DNA from: an uncultured Thermoproteaceae archaeon | GTDB taxonomy: Archaea > Thermoproteota > Thermoprotei > Thermoproteales > Thermocladiaceae | Length of the DNA stretch: 64,000 nt | Direction: 5' to 3' | Assembly (NCBI GenBank): GCA_964575955.1 | Contig: CAZNTG010000009.1 | Coordinates: 82,404-146,403 of the forward strand | Shown: in pieces, positions 1 through 11,040 of the stretch | How the letters are laid out: each line of letters opens with the position of its first letter | How positions within the stretch are numbered: the first letter of the stretch is position 1 | Translations under genes and position numbers: made by a program | The notes under the pieces: generated by a model | Database searches by the model: none | What the model was told of the DNA's origin: nothing | Seen by the model: the letters and a program-made list of their open reading frames with translations, nothing else

Positions 1-312
1 ACTAAGTTTTATTAAATCTTTTATTAAAAGATCACTCAACTCTATCGTTAGAGGTGTTGCATATAGTGGAACTTCATAACTTACATATAGTGCAGGTATA
101 AAACCACAATGATCGAGATGTGCATGTGAAAGTACTACACATGAGAGATCTCTGGGCCTAACATGTTGTGGAAATAGTGGTCTATCCTGTTCATCAAAAT
201 TCACACCATAGTCAAGCAATACAGCTGTTCCAGATTCTAGAGATTTTACAAGTATTCCAGCTCTACCAACCTCTCCAGCACCACCTAACACCTTTATCAA
301 TAGCTTACTCAC
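1..312 (-). CDS. MBL-fold beta-CASP ribonuclease (aCPSF2/RNase J-like), 5' part; runs off the window start
   Basis: Manual translation from GTG at 312: MSKLLIKVLGGAGEVGRAGILV...LLDYG...LSHAHLDHCG. Has the LGGxxEVGR and HxHxDH MBL motifs. Absent from the ORF track because it is truncated. Confidence 0.9.
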   Translation of the reverse strand, partial: MSKLLIKVLGGAGEVGRAGILVKSLESGTAVLLDYGVNFDEQDRPLFPQHVRPRDLSCVVLSHAHLDHCGFIPALYVSYEVPLYATPLTIELSDLLIKDLIKLS

Positions 313-370
313 AGGACAAGTATGAGGTTCAGGTTAAAAAACTTAATAATACTAGATCAAGCGGTGATAG

Positions 371-1240
371 GTGTTTCTAGATAATGTTAACTGTGTGCTC
401 TGTCTAGTGGAATCTAGACTTAGAGAACTTAATAAACTTTGCAAAATTAATAGTAACATATTGAGACTATTCTTCAAAGAGATTTCAAATATAGATGAGT
501 ATAAGAGAACTAACATATTTGTAAAGAGTTTTGAATTTATAGTAAAGATTACAGGTATTGAAGATCCACATAGAGAAGAGAAGTGGAGAATATATAGACA
601 ATTTCTAAACATATGTAGAGATGTTATAGATAAGATATGTAATATTGATGAAGCATTAAAATTTGCAATAAATTCAAACCTCCTAGATGTTGAAATGCAT
701 GATTACAAACCGAGAATTGAAAATGTTCTAGAACTATTAAATAGAGATGTTAAGTATATTGATGTAAATTTTAGAAAAGTTTTAGATAGATGTAGACAGG
801 TATGCTACATACTTGACAACTCAGGTGAGCATCTATTTGATCTAGTATTAGCAGACTATATACGTAGATTGAAGAAAGATGTTGTACTTCTAGTTAGAGA
901 ATTACCGTACGAGATTGATGTTACTAGAGAACTTGTGATTAGAGGTATTCAAGATCTAGATTTGAAAGATTTTGAAATTATTGAAGTACCTGATAGATGT
1001 CCACCAATACTATACGCAGCTAGAGAGTTTAATGATAAGAATACACTAATCATTAGTAAGGGTATTGCAAACTTTGAAGCATACATAGACTGGTGTGTTG
1101 ATTATGATCTAAATGCTATATTTCTACTAGTTGCTAAGTGTAGTCCAATTGCCAAGTTTTTAGAAGTTGAAAAGGGTTCTGGTGTATGTGTAAGTTCGGA
1201 TTACATAAATTCTAGAGTTAGAAATATAGTTCGTGACTGA
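371..1240 (+). CDS. ARMT1/DUF89-family damage-control phosphatase-like protein
   Basis: DNSGE..D, ISKGIANFE and LLVAKC motifs typical of DUF89. Confidence 0.75.
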   Translation: MFLDNVNCVLCLVESRLRELNKLCKINSNILRLFFKEISNIDEYKRTNIFVKSFEFIVKITGIEDPHREEKWRIYRQFLNICRDVIDKICNIDEALKFAINSNLLDVEMHDYKPRIENVLELLNRDVKYIDVNFRKVLDRCRQVCYILDNSGEHLFDLVLADYIRRLKKDVVLLVRELPYEIDVTRELVIRGIQDLDLKDFEIIEVPDRCPPILYAAREFNDKNTLIISKGIANFEAYIDWCVDYDLNAIFLLVAKCSPIAKFLEVEKGSGVCVSSDYINSRVRNIVRD

Positions 1241-2231
1241 GAAAACTGGATTTAAAATAGCCATACTTGGAGCAGGACCTGCAGGTCTTCAAGCAGCACA
1301 ATACCTAGTTGAGAGAGGTTATGAAGTACATGTGTACGATAGATTGCCAGAACCTGGAGGTATGATGATGTTTGCAATACCTTCAAGAAGAATTCCAAAA
1401 GATAGAATTAGAGGTAGAGTTAGAGAATTAGAACGTAAAGGTGTGCAATTTATATTAAAGACAAAGATTCAGGATGGGTATAGTAAGATTGAAGGTGATG
1501 ATCTTGTTGAGAATATTGTAAGTATTAGAGAAATAATATCAAAATATGACTCAATACTAATATGTACTGGAGCTTGGAAGAGTAGAATGCTCAATATTGA
1601 GGGAGAGAATAGTGTTGGAGTTTATCCAGCATTAGAATATATTCTAAACATCAGATTGAAAGAGCTTGGATATGTAGATAGAGAGCCAGATGTTGGTAAT
1701 AGAGTTGTCGTTATTGGTGCAGGTAGGACAGCTGTAGATGTTGTTGAAGAACTATGTCTTAGAAATAGAGAAGTCATATTGATATATAGGAGAAAGATAT
1801 CAGAATCTAGAGCTTATAGAGAATTTCTAAAGCTATTGAATAAGTATAATATAAAAGTTCTAGAGGAGAGACAACCACTTAAAATACTTGTAAATAGAGG
1901 TAGAGTATCAGGATTAGAATTTTGCAAAGTTAAGAGAGAAGGTGACAAATTTATACTAGATACATCAAACATAGAGACTATAGAATGTGACACAGTTATA
2001 GAAGCTATTGGTGAAATACCAACACCACCAATAAATGAAAATATTGCAAAAGAGCTAGGCATTGAGATTAGAGATGGTAGAATTGTTGTAGATTCTGAAT
2101 ATAGGACTGGTAATGAGAAGATATTTGCAGCTGGTGATGTAGTTTTAGGACCATCAAGTATAGGACAGGCTGTAGGTTCAGGTTTAAAAGCTGCACAGAG
2201 TATAGATAAGTACTTGAGGGCGAAAAGATAG
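1233..2231 (+). CDS. FAD/NAD(P)-dependent oxidoreductase, GltD/SudA-like, lacking the N-terminal Fe-S domain
   Basis: GAGPAG and GAGRTA Rossmann motifs; PGGMMMFAIP; FAAGDVV.GPS. Confidence 0.85.
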   Translation: MTEKTGFKIAILGAGPAGLQAAQYLVERGYEVHVYDRLPEPGGMMMFAIPSRRIPKDRIRGRVRELERKGVQFILKTKIQDGYSKIEGDDLVENIVSIREIISKYDSILICTGAWKSRMLNIEGENSVGVYPALEYILNIRLKELGYVDREPDVGNRVVVIGAGRTAVDVVEELCLRNREVILIYRRKISESRAYREFLKLLNKYNIKVLEERQPLKILVNRGRVSGLEFCKVKREGDKFILDTSNIETIECDTVIEAIGEIPTPPINENIAKELGIEIRDGRIVVDSEYRTGNEKIFAAGDVVLGPSSIGQAVGSGLKAAQSIDKYLRAKR

Positions 2232-2232
2232 A

Positions 2233-2925
2233 ATGAGAAACATACTTGCACGTATAGTAGGTAGACTTGCACTAGATAAGAAGATTTTAGAAAACTTTTC
2301 TAGACATCTATCACTAACAGAAGAAGCTGTAAAAATACTTAGAGAAAATGTAAGAAATTCAAAAGAAATTATTAGAAGTAAAATTCAGGAAACTGTACAT
2401 TCTGTAAAAATATTAGAAGTAAGAGGTGATGAATTGATAAAGGAATCTTGGATATTTATAATTAAGTCAGGAGTACTACACCCACTATCAACTCCACTAA
2501 TATCATCAGTTATGAATAAGCTTGACGATATGTTGGATAATGTGAATGTTCTAGCATTAGAGATAGAGAGATATCTAGCACTACCTGATGAACATACTAA
2601 GATGTGGGATAGAGTTTCAACATACCTATACTCAACACTACAACTATGTAGTGAAGCTATCAAGACATTGAGAGAGTCCATAGTTGAGACTATAAGATTA
2701 GACGACTTGACAAATAATATATTGAAAGTTAATAATATAGAACATGAAGTTGATATTGCTAAAAATAGGATATTACTAGAATTTTCATCTAAAGCAAATG
2801 AAATATCATGTCACGAGTATATACATGCTAGAATGATAGTTCAACTAGTAGATAATCTTGCTGATGCAGCTCAAGATCTTGCAAATCTCTTATTAACACT
2901 CTACACAATGCTTCCAGGAACCTGA
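2233..2925 (+). CDS. DUF47/PhoU-like phosphate transport regulator (copy 1)
   Basis: LEVRGD, KLDDMLD, IEHEVD, DNLAD helical-repeat motifs; upstream of a PiT transporter. Confidence 0.8.
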   Translation: MRNILARIVGRLALDKKILENFSRHLSLTEEAVKILRENVRNSKEIIRSKIQETVHSVKILEVRGDELIKESWIFIIKSGVLHPLSTPLISSVMNKLDDMLDNVNVLALEIERYLALPDEHTKMWDRVSTYLYSTLQLCSEAIKTLRESIVETIRLDDLTNNILKVNNIEHEVDIAKNRILLEFSSKANEISCHEYIHARMIVQLVDNLADAAQDLANLLLTLYTMLPGT

Positions 2926-2964
2926 TACAAAAGGATAATTAAACATCTCAAATATTGACTAAGT

Positions 2965-3630
2965 GTGAGACTACTAGACAGACTAGTGGGACTTTTTAAA
3001 GGTCAGGAAAGTACAATCTTCTCAAAACTTAAAGAACATCTAGAACTATCTATGAAAGCTCTTGAAGTATTAACATCACCAGAGTGTAGATTAGAGGAAA
3101 AGTGCTTAAGAAAGATTGTTGAACTTGAGAAGAGGGGAGATGAAATTTCTAGAGAGATTTCAGAACTACTATCTAGAGGTGCTGTAACAGCTCATGCATT
3201 AAATATTATAGAAATAATGACAAATAAGATAGATGATATACTAGATGAAATATATGTACTATCTAAAGAACTTGAGAGAATGTTAAAATATTCAAAAAAT
3301 AAGGATGTAGTACTGAGAGTATATGGATATGTTGTTGATGCTGGTAGAAAAGCTATAGCTGCAATAAGAGAATTACATACATTATATTCAAACATAATTA
3401 ATGGATCTATTCAAGATACTAGAAGTAGAATGAATGAGATAGAGAGGTTGGAGGAGGAGGTTGATGAATTGAAAGAGAGGATGCTAGATCAGATATATAG
3501 TGATGCTGATAGGATGAGTATGGTAGAGTTCTACTCCGCAATATCAATAACATACATGCTTGACACAGTTGTTGATAAGCTTAGAGATTTAGCAGAATTA
3601 ACACTTCTACTCTTAATATCAATAACGTAA
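2965..3630 (+). CDS. DUF47/PhoU-like phosphate transport regulator (copy 2)
   Basis: LEKRGD, KIDDILD, LEEEVD, DTVVD; paralogous to the preceding ORF. Confidence 0.85.
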   Translation: MRLLDRLVGLFKGQESTIFSKLKEHLELSMKALEVLTSPECRLEEKCLRKIVELEKRGDEISREISELLSRGAVTAHALNIIEIMTNKIDDILDEIYVLSKELERMLKYSKNKDVVLRVYGYVVDAGRKAIAAIRELHTLYSNIINGSIQDTRSRMNEIERLEEEVDELKERMLDQIYSDADRMSMVEFYSAISITYMLDTVVDKLRDLAELTLLLLISIT

Positions 3631-4511
3631 TGAAAATAGTAACATTAATCTTAACGACATTACTAACATACTTAATAAGTAGTAACAATCTTTCAGTATG
3701 TGTAGGACCTCTAGTAAGTACTAGAATGTTAAATGAGAAAAATGCTCCAATATTTGCATACTTCAGCTATATTGTTGGACTATTGTTACAGAGTAAGCAT
3801 ATGGTACATATATCAGTATCAGGAACATTTCTAGACATATCTTTAGCAATAACGTTGATAATAGTCTTAATAGGAGAGGTGTTTAGAGTACCTGTATCGC
3901 TGATGTACATATTATCTACAAGCATAATGACATATGGTCTAGTAGTGTCTAATAACTACAAGTTAATATATGCAGTATCATACTGGATATTGTCATCATT
4001 CATAATATTTATACTATGTCCACCAATATTGAAAATATTACACTATGTTGGAAGTAGAAGACCAACAGTTGGAGCATCAGTATATAGATTTGTCTCATAT
4101 ATAACATCATTTCTACTATGTATGAGCTTTGGTGCAAATAATATAGGATATCTATGGATGATCACAGGAGGAGACTATACATCACTAATACCTATACTAA
4201 TATCATCGATGTTGGGAACATTCATAACAGGTAGGAGAACACTAAATAAACTTGCAGGTGTATATGCATTAACATTAACAGGATGTCTAGTAGTTACAAC
4301 ACTCTCATATGCTGTAGCTCAAATAGCAACATTTATTGGAATACCTGTAAGTTTCTCAGTACTTCTAGTATGCTCGCTGGTTGGTATTAGCTATGGTTAT
4401 AGTATCAGGATAATAGACTATAAGTATGTTAAGAAAGCTTTAACAGTACTATACCTATCAATACCACTATCATTCACACTTACATTACTAACACTATCTA
4501 TAATACATTAA
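3630..4511 (+). CDS. Inorganic phosphate transporter, PiT family
   Basis: Multi-TM; SSNN and FGANN signature repeats; GIPVS; coupled to DUF47 gene. Confidence 0.8.
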   Translation: MKIVTLILTTLLTYLISSNNLSVCVGPLVSTRMLNEKNAPIFAYFSYIVGLLLQSKHMVHISVSGTFLDISLAITLIIVLIGEVFRVPVSLMYILSTSIMTYGLVVSNNYKLIYAVSYWILSSFIIFILCPPILKILHYVGSRRPTVGASVYRFVSYITSFLLCMSFGANNIGYLWMITGGDYTSLIPILISSMLGTFITGRRTLNKLAGVYALTLTGCLVVTTLSYAVAQIATFIGIPVSFSVLLVCSLVGISYGYSIRIIDYKYVKKALTVLYLSIPLSFTLTLLTLSIIH

Positions 4512-5447
4512 GAATTCTTTAACAATTCTACAAATTGCATAAGGACCTTCAAATGCTATAGCTGTAACAATCTGTACAGCAGATACACCATACTTCTCTA
4601 ATAATTCATAAACTTGTTTACCATGAAATATTCCACCACAAGCAACAATCTCAATATCACTAAACTCTCTAACATACTTGACAATCCTCTTAACAAGTCT
4701 GTAGATTGGTAATCCACTAAAACCACCAACACCTGAAGACATGCAGGATGTTATAGTTGAAAATGAGTTTGATATTGTTAATCCAACATTACTATACTTC
4801 TCACATATCTTAACTATCTCACGAACATCTAAACTCCTAGGTCTAACCTTAACTAGTATAGGCTTTCTACAGACACTACGAACATCTTCTAATAATCTAT
4901 CTAAAATCTCAGAATTATGAAGATCCACACCTCTATATTGAGGACAACTTATGTTAATTTCAACAATCTTAACATTTTCGATATTATTCAAAATCTTTGA
5001 CATAATTATAAATTCACTATTTGAAAAACCAGCAATATTACATATTATTGGTATATTAACTTTCAATCTTTCTAATCTAGCTACTACATATTTAAAACCT
5101 TTTGAAGGTAATCCCATAGCATTTAACATAGCAAACTTATCAACATACCTATACAATCTAGGATGTCTATTACCAGATCTTGGATGCAGTGTTACTGATC
5201 CAACTACATGAAAACCTGATATTTTAGAAAATATGTGTATTAATTCACCATTCTTATCAATACCTGCACCAACACCTATAGGTATAGGAATATCAACATT
5301 TAGAATTTTAAATCTAGTATTAAAAACTTCATAATTAGTATTACACAACTTCTCTATAGGTATGATACAGTACTTCATTAATATGTGAGATATTCTATAT
5401 GTAACTTCAGGATGTAGATATTTTAATAATCTTCTATATATTTTCAT
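4494..5447 (-). CDS. pyrD: Dihydroorotate dehydrogenase
   Basis: GVGAGIDKNG, GSVT, NAMGLPS, EINISCP, GGFSG, ACGGI; operon with pyrBI. Confidence 0.92.
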   Translation of the reverse strand: MKIYRRLLKYLHPEVTYRISHILMKYCIIPIEKLCNTNYEVFNTRFKILNVDIPIPIGVGAGIDKNGELIHIFSKISGFHVVGSVTLHPRSGNRHPRLYRYVDKFAMLNAMGLPSKGFKYVVARLERLKVNIPIICNIAGFSNSEFIIMSKILNNIENVKIVEINISCPQYRGVDLHNSEILDRLLEDVRSVCRKPILVKVRPRSLDVREIVKICEKYSNVGLTISNSFSTITSCMSSGVGGFSGLPIYRLVKRIVKYVREFSDIEIVACGGIFHGKQVYELLEKYGVSAVQIVTAIAFEGPYAICRIVKEFLMYYR

Positions 5448-5932
5448 TATTCTCTAGATTTTAATAACATATACTCTATATCTTGTGCTGTATATACAGT
5501 ACCGCAGTAGTCACATTTAACTATTAGTGGATTTTTAGATATTGTAATAAATCTAGATTTTATAGGTTCTCTAGGTTTATTTGTAATACATTTACTATTT
5601 AGACATTTTAATACTCCTTCAATCTTATCAGGTATTTCAACTTTAAACTTTTGAACAACCTCATAATTTTTAATGATGTTTATCGTTGCTGTTGGTGCAA
5701 CTAGTGCTATTATTGATAACTCATCTTTAGATAGTTCTCTACTCTCAATCTTTATTATATCTTTCAATCCTAGTTTTCTACTATCAACATTCATCACAAG
5801 TGCAACTCTAAAACCTTCCTTACCTGTAATTCCGAGAAGTTTCAATACTGTTAATGCTTTTCCAGCAGGTATATGATCTATCACAATTCCATCCTTAATC
5901 TTCCTAATTATCAATTCTCTCTCCATATTCAC
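5447..5932 (-). CDS. pyrI: Aspartate carbamoyltransferase regulatory subunit
   Basis: [17 protein letters not shown], zinc-binding C..C.TN and CDYC. Confidence 0.97.
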   Translation of the reverse strand: MNMERELIIRKIKDGIVIDHIPAGKALTVLKLLGITGKEGFRVALVMNVDSRKLGLKDIIKIESRELSKDELSIIALVAPTATINIIKNYEVVQKFKVEIPDKIEGVLKCLNSKCITNKPREPIKSRFITISKNPLIVKCDYCGTVYTAQDIEYMLLKSRE

Positions 5933-6867
5933 ACCTTACTTTCTCTACCAAATATTAATGTTAATAATGCCATTCTCAGAGGAACACCATATGCTGCCTG
6001 TTTGAAATATCTTGCATATTTAGTATTATCAACTCTCGGATCTAACTCATCAACTCTAGGTAATGGATGTAGTATGATTAATGTATCTTTAACATTTTTC
6101 AAAGTTTCTAATGTTACTCTATAACTACCTCTAACTCTCTCATATTCAACAACGTCTGGAAATCTCTCTTTTTGAATTCTAACAACATATAGAACATCTA
6201 GATATTTTATAACATCTTCAATATTTTCAACATGTTCGTACTTTATACCTGCAATGTCTAGTATTGTTAAGACTTCTCTCCTAGGTTTTAATGATTGTGG
6301 TGATATTAGATATATTTTTGAAGGTTTGAAAAGTGTTAAACCTTCAATAAATGATTTAACAGTTCTAGCATACTTCAAATCTCCCAATATTCCAATCGTG
6401 AGTCCATCAATTTCTCCAAGCTCTCTCCATATTGTGTATAGATCTAGCATTGCCTGTGTTGGATGATTTTGAGTACCATCACCAGCATTTATTACAGGAT
6501 TTTCAGCTATCTCAGCTGCATATTTAGCAACACCTTCAAGACTATGTCTAATAACTATAGCATCAGCATATGCATCAAGCATTCTTATAGTATCAGCTAT
6601 AGATTCACCCTTAGCTATAGATGTTGCTTCTTCACCAACAAATCCAATAGTACTACCACCAAGTCTATGCATTGCAGTTTCAAAACTTAATCTAGTTCTA
6701 GTACTTGGTTCAAAGAATGCTAATGCAAGTATCTTATCTTCAAGAATGTTTAATCTAGATCTAGAATACTTCTCCATAACCATCGTGAGATTGAAAAGTT
6801 CTTCAAGATCTTCACGTTTGAAGTCTAGTACAGATATAACATCTCTACCCTGCCAACCTCGACTCAT
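5929..6867 (-). CDS. pyrB: Aspartate carbamoyltransferase catalytic subunit
   Basis: [26 protein letters not shown]. Confidence 0.98.
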   Translation of the reverse strand: MSRGWQGRDVISVLDFKREDLEELFNLTMVMEKYSRSRLNILEDKILALAFFEPSTRTRLSFETAMHRLGGSTIGFVGEEATSIAKGESIADTIRMLDAYADAIVIRHSLEGVAKYAAEIAENPVINAGDGTQNHPTQAMLDLYTIWRELGEIDGLTIGILGDLKYARTVKSFIEGLTLFKPSKIYLISPQSLKPRREVLTILDIAGIKYEHVENIEDVIKYLDVLYVVRIQKERFPDVVEYERVRGSYRVTLETLKNVKDTLIILHPLPRVDELDPRVDNTKYARYFKQAAYGVPLRMALLTLIFGRESKV

Positions 6868-6931
6868 CTCTATGATAGATATCGTACTTAGAACCTTTAT
6901 AAATAGTGTAAATCTCTACAGGATGTAATAT

Positions 6932-8014
6932 CTATAGACTATCAACAATTTCAACATTTAAAGATTTAAATATCCTATCAATATCTTTACTAGATATTGG
7001 ATATCTACTACACAACCTTTCAAAGAGCTTTCTAGATATTAAATGTTTAATAACTTTACCATCTTTAACAACCTTCTTAGAATATTTTTGAATTTCAAAA
7101 TACCACCTATAGATTCTATCACGTCTAGTCTGATTTAGAATTATAGCATCTTCAATATTCACATCTTCAAACCTGACTTTTAGTATTATATCGATAATTC
7201 TATTAAGTCTATCAGGAACACCAATTATAGAACAGTCAATACATATCTTCATTCTTGGAATATTATATTCCCATAATCTATATTGTGAATATAGTCTATA
7301 TGTTCCAAACTTATCAACACGCTCCTTATCAATAATCCCACCTAGTATATACATGTTGTATGAAAATATATCACATTTAGTAAGTGTAAATTCACCTTCA
7401 GGATCTAGCATAACAATATTAAAATTCTTAATATTTCTTCTTATAAACTCTCTAAGATTTATCTTAAGTATATTAACTCTATGTACCATACCTGAAGTCT
7501 TACTCTTGAAGTATTGTATAAAATCTTCACTACATGATGTAAGTGTTAGATAGCTATCATATAGATATTTTCTCAATGTTTTTATACACATTATAATTTG
7601 TTCTATAAGCTCTCTCTTCTCATTCTCCGTATGTTCATCCCAAAATGATAGATCAATAACGAAGTGTGGAAGACTTCTATATTTAAACTTGATATTAAGC
7701 ATGTTTGAAATTTCTTCACGTATCTTGTCAGTTATGTTGTTAATACATTTTCTACTACTCCACCTAATGTAGTATTTTGATATTTCAGATCCAGAACCAT
7801 GTATTATCTTTATATTATCATACTCATATATTGTAGATCCTGATCTCTCTTCGTCAATACATATATTAATTCTACCGTTTAGTAGTAGTATTGCTAGTGC
7901 TTGAAATATATTTGAATTAAAATCTCTAACTTTGTATAGAGTTAGTCTATCTATATGAATTATGTTAATTCCATACTTCTTCAATATGTCTACTAAAATC
8001 TCACCAAGCAACAT
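6932..8014 (-). CDS. trm10: Archaeal Trm10 tRNA m1A9/m1G9 methyltransferase (SPOUT)
   Basis: LDPEG, YILGGIIDK, GVPDRLNRI motifs of crenarchaeal Trm10. Confidence 0.8.
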   Translation of the reverse strand: MLLGEILVDILKKYGINIIHIDRLTLYKVRDFNSNIFQALAILLLNGRINICIDEERSGSTIYEYDNIKIIHGSGSEISKYYIRWSSRKCINNITDKIREEISNMLNIKFKYRSLPHFVIDLSFWDEHTENEKRELIEQIIMCIKTLRKYLYDSYLTLTSCSEDFIQYFKSKTSGMVHRVNILKINLREFIRRNIKNFNIVMLDPEGEFTLTKCDIFSYNMYILGGIIDKERVDKFGTYRLYSQYRLWEYNIPRMKICIDCSIIGVPDRLNRIIDIILKVRFEDVNIEDAIILNQTRRDRIYRWYFEIQKYSKKVVKDGKVIKHLISRKLFERLCSRYPISSKDIDRIFKSLNVEIVDSL

Positions 8015-9545
8015 TATAAAATCCTACATTATTGAGAGATGTGGGGTGTTCATAAACATAGCTGAGCTGGTATTAAGAGAGGTTGAAAGTTGTGTAAATA
8101 CTAAATCTATCTCTAGAATATTAAGCTATATTAAAGATGTGACTGAGAAGTACGTAGACGTTTTCATGACGTATACATTATATGAAGAGTGTAATGATGA
8201 GAAGATAGATATAGAATCTATAATAGATAGAGCTAGATTAAGTACAGCACTTTTTCAAAGATTTGCAATACTATGTGACTCATACACGTTCAGGTTAGTG
8301 TATAACAGCATTAGAAGCATAGTAGTGAGAGGAGCTGTAGTATTGATAGTATTAGACTATCAGGATATTAGAGATATAGTACATGATCTAGACATTATAT
8401 ACGATATTGAAAATATTGAAGAATATCCTAAAGCAATAGCAGAAGCTTTAGATATTAGTGAATCTATAGAAAAGGTAGTAATCCTGAGAATACCAATATT
8501 CATAAAACATGACTCTAGTGATAGAGAAGAAAAATTAGAAATATATAAGAGAAATATAGGACTATTCTATAGAGATTGGAAATACACATACGCATGGATT
8601 AGCTCAGATATAAGATACATAGATAATAATGAGAAAATACAGAATAGATGTATAAGAATCTTAGAGATAGGTACTGGACAGGAATTAATAATAGTTGATA
8701 AGCCATTAAGAAGATTTATACTAAATGGTGCAGATTTAGACAAGTATAGATTTATAATACCAGAAATATATACTATAAATAAGATTGAGAATATTAATGC
8801 AAAATCAATAATAACAATATGTAGAAGATTTATTAGAAAATATGAAAAATACCACTATATAGATACCTATAAACTATATGAAAAATATGTTGAATATTTA
8901 AGAAACAATATCACAGGTAAGGTTAGGCTATTATTATCAATACCCCTAACATTACTAAACCTATTTAAAGATTTGAACATTCTGGTTCTATCATCATTCA
9001 AAATACCTAACATCTCCAAAACAGGTAAGTATGATGTGAGATTTATTACTAAAGTTCCTGAAAATATATTTGACTGTGTTGATATTCAAGTTAAGAAGAT
9101 TAGTGAGTTAGAGATTTTTGAAGATAAGATTCCTAAATCAATAAACATAATATACCTATCTACGAAATTAGATTTTAAAGATATTGATAATATTAATAAA
9201 TTGCGTAGAACTTTAATAATAACATACTATGATGATGATATTGTTAAGTTTTTAAAACTTAAAGATGTTAAGTATGTTATTCTAGATATTGATAATGATA
9301 TTATTTATAGAATATATAAAGCTATTGGTAAAGTCTCTATAATACTACTAAAATACTATCCTAGAGGTGTAGTATGTAGATTCGAGTATTGTGATAGATG
9401 TGGAATGTGTAGTAAATTGATGTGTAGAGCTATAACATTTCAGGATAGTCAAGTGAAGATTATTGATGAACTATGCGATAGATGTCAGGCATGTGTTGTA
9501 GCATGTACTAGAGGTGTATTTTCCCTGAAAGATCAAGAAGTTTAG
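7962..9545 (+). CDS. Divergent indolepyruvate:ferredoxin oxidoreductase alpha-like protein with C-terminal 2x[4Fe-4S] domain; true start probably near 8046
   Basis: C-terminal CDRCGMC..LMCRAI...CDRCQACVVAC; N-terminal RGAVV..D.QDIR...ALDISE..VILR resembles IorA; TPP motif not visible. Confidence 0.55.
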   Translation: MLIPYFFNMSTKISPSNIIKSYIIERCGVFINIAELVLREVESCVNTKSISRILSYIKDVTEKYVDVFMTYTLYEECNDEKIDIESIIDRARLSTALFQRFAILCDSYTFRLVYNSIRSIVVRGAVVLIVLDYQDIRDIVHDLDIIYDIENIEEYPKAIAEALDISESIEKVVILRIPIFIKHDSSDREEKLEIYKRNIGLFYRDWKYTYAWISSDIRYIDNNEKIQNRCIRILEIGTGQELIIVDKPLRRFILNGADLDKYRFIIPEIYTINKIENINAKSIITICRRFIRKYEKYHYIDTYKLYEKYVEYLRNNITGKVRLLLSIPLTLLNLFKDLNILVLSSFKIPNISKTGKYDVRFITKVPENIFDCVDIQVKKISELEIFEDKIPKSINIIYLSTKLDFKDIDNINKLRRTLIITYYDDDIVKFLKLKDVKYVILDIDNDIIYRIYKAIGKVSIILLKYYPRGVVCRFEYCDRCGMCSKLMCRAITFQDSQVKIIDELCDRCQACVVACTRGVFSLKDQEV

Positions 9546-10323
9546 GATCTACATTAAATTCAACTTCTAGTAATTCTCTCTCAACAGGACTTAATACTGC
9601 TGGTATAACTATGCTATGTGGTGGTTCTTCACTATAGTTTTCAAAATTTTTTAGAATATCTACTTTAACTTTCATATTTGGATATCCAAGTCTAGATACA
9701 ACAATCATTAACCTATCTTCACAAAATATACCTTCTCTCCTCCTATCTTCCATCATCTTTAATATCTTTATAGCATCATCTACAGGCATGAAACCTCCAT
9801 CATCTTTAATATCTAGTAGTAGTATTGTGTGTAAATTTCTTGTAAGATTTTCCTTAGTAATTTCATAAGGTCTTTCTGATAAAACTCCAAGTCTTGGATA
9901 TGTTATAGTTGCTATAGGGCCAATCCTGTATGGACTTAATCCAAGTAGACTAATTATTGAATTTAATATTGAAACTCCATGTATAACTTCAACATCATGA
10001 CCTAACTTTCTAACTATTATTCTAACAGCTGTATGTGTTGTAGCTATCATAGGATCTCCAGGAACTAGTAGTGCAGTATCTTCACCTTTATTTAACACAT
10101 CTATAATCTTTCTACAATTATAATCTTCAATATCTTTTCTAGAAAGTTCTACAACTTCAATATCTCCAACATACCTCCTCAATACTTCTATCAATAAATT
10201 TTTAGGTATTGGTGATGTGTAACATTCATAAAATACTATTCTAAGTTTCTTCAATACTTCTAAAGCTCTAACACTTATATAATCAGGATATATTCCAACA
10301 CCGATAATGTATAGTTTAGCCAT
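9508..10323 (-). CDS. dph5: Diphthine synthase
   Basis: FYECYTS, GDPMIATTH, NL..NLHTILLLDI, PPHSIVIP. Confidence 0.95.
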   Translation of the reverse strand: MAKLYIIGVGIYPDYISVRALEVLKKLRIVFYECYTSPIPKNLLIEVLRRYVGDIEVVELSRKDIEDYNCRKIIDVLNKGEDTALLVPGDPMIATTHTAVRIIVRKLGHDVEVIHGVSILNSIISLLGLSPYRIGPIATITYPRLGVLSERPYEITKENLTRNLHTILLLDIKDDGGFMPVDDAIKILKMMEDRRREGIFCEDRLMIVVSRLGYPNMKVKVDILKNFENYSEEPPHSIVIPAVLSPVERELLEVEFNVDPKLLDLSGKIHL

Positions 10324-10349
10324 ACAAGACTAGATTATAGTACTGCAAT

Positions 10350-11039
10350 ATGAAGACTCTCCATCTAATAATTGCAGAGAGTGCACTTGAAACAATTCCA
10401 AAAGAGATAATTAATCATCCACAAATTTTGAAAGATGCTAAAAGAAGAGGAAAGGATCCACGCTTCATGATATTAGACAGATCTAGACATCATGAAGCAA
10501 TGAAAAATTTGAAAGATTCACATAAGAGAGGTAGACCTGACATAGTATACCTATCTCTACAGGTAACACAGTACACACCTATGAATAGTGTTGGATTATT
10601 AAGAACTTACATACATACTATAGATAATAAAGTAATATTTATAGATCCAACAACAAGAATACCACGTAATTATAACAACTTTATTGGACTAATAGAACAA
10701 TTATATAAACTTAGTAGAGTTCCACCAACAGGAAAACCACTATTAACATTGAGAAATATGAATCTAAAAGAGTTGATAGATTATATAAATCCTAGTGTAG
10801 TGATACTTCTAGATGATGTTAAAGGTATTGAAATAACATTTAGAGATTTAGTTAACCAAATTATAAATCTAGAATATCCATGTATTATTGTTGGAGGATT
10901 TCCACATGGTGAATTTAGTGAATTTACATACAGGATTGTTGATAAGGTGTATAAAATTGGTAAGTATGTGTACTCTACATTTCTAATAATATCAAAACTA
11001 ATAACATATATAGAGAATAGAATTGGTCTTGAGGAGTAG
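10350..11039 (+). CDS. nep1: 16S rRNA pseudouridine-N1 methyltransferase Nep1/Emg1
   Basis: ESALE, RGRPDI, RIPRNYNNF.GL..QL, VGGFPHG. Confidence 0.95.
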   Translation: MKTLHLIIAESALETIPKEIINHPQILKDAKRRGKDPRFMILDRSRHHEAMKNLKDSHKRGRPDIVYLSLQVTQYTPMNSVGLLRTYIHTIDNKVIFIDPTTRIPRNYNNFIGLIEQLYKLSRVPPTGKPLLTLRNMNLKELIDYINPSVVILLDDVKGIEITFRDLVNQIINLEYPCIIVGGFPHGEFSEFTYRIVDKVYKIGKYVYSTFLIISKLITYIENRIGLEE

Positions 11040-11040
11040 A

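Noticed and set aside
168-380. 70-aa plus-strand ORF
   Set aside because: Shadow of the real minus-strand beta-CASP gene (1-312).
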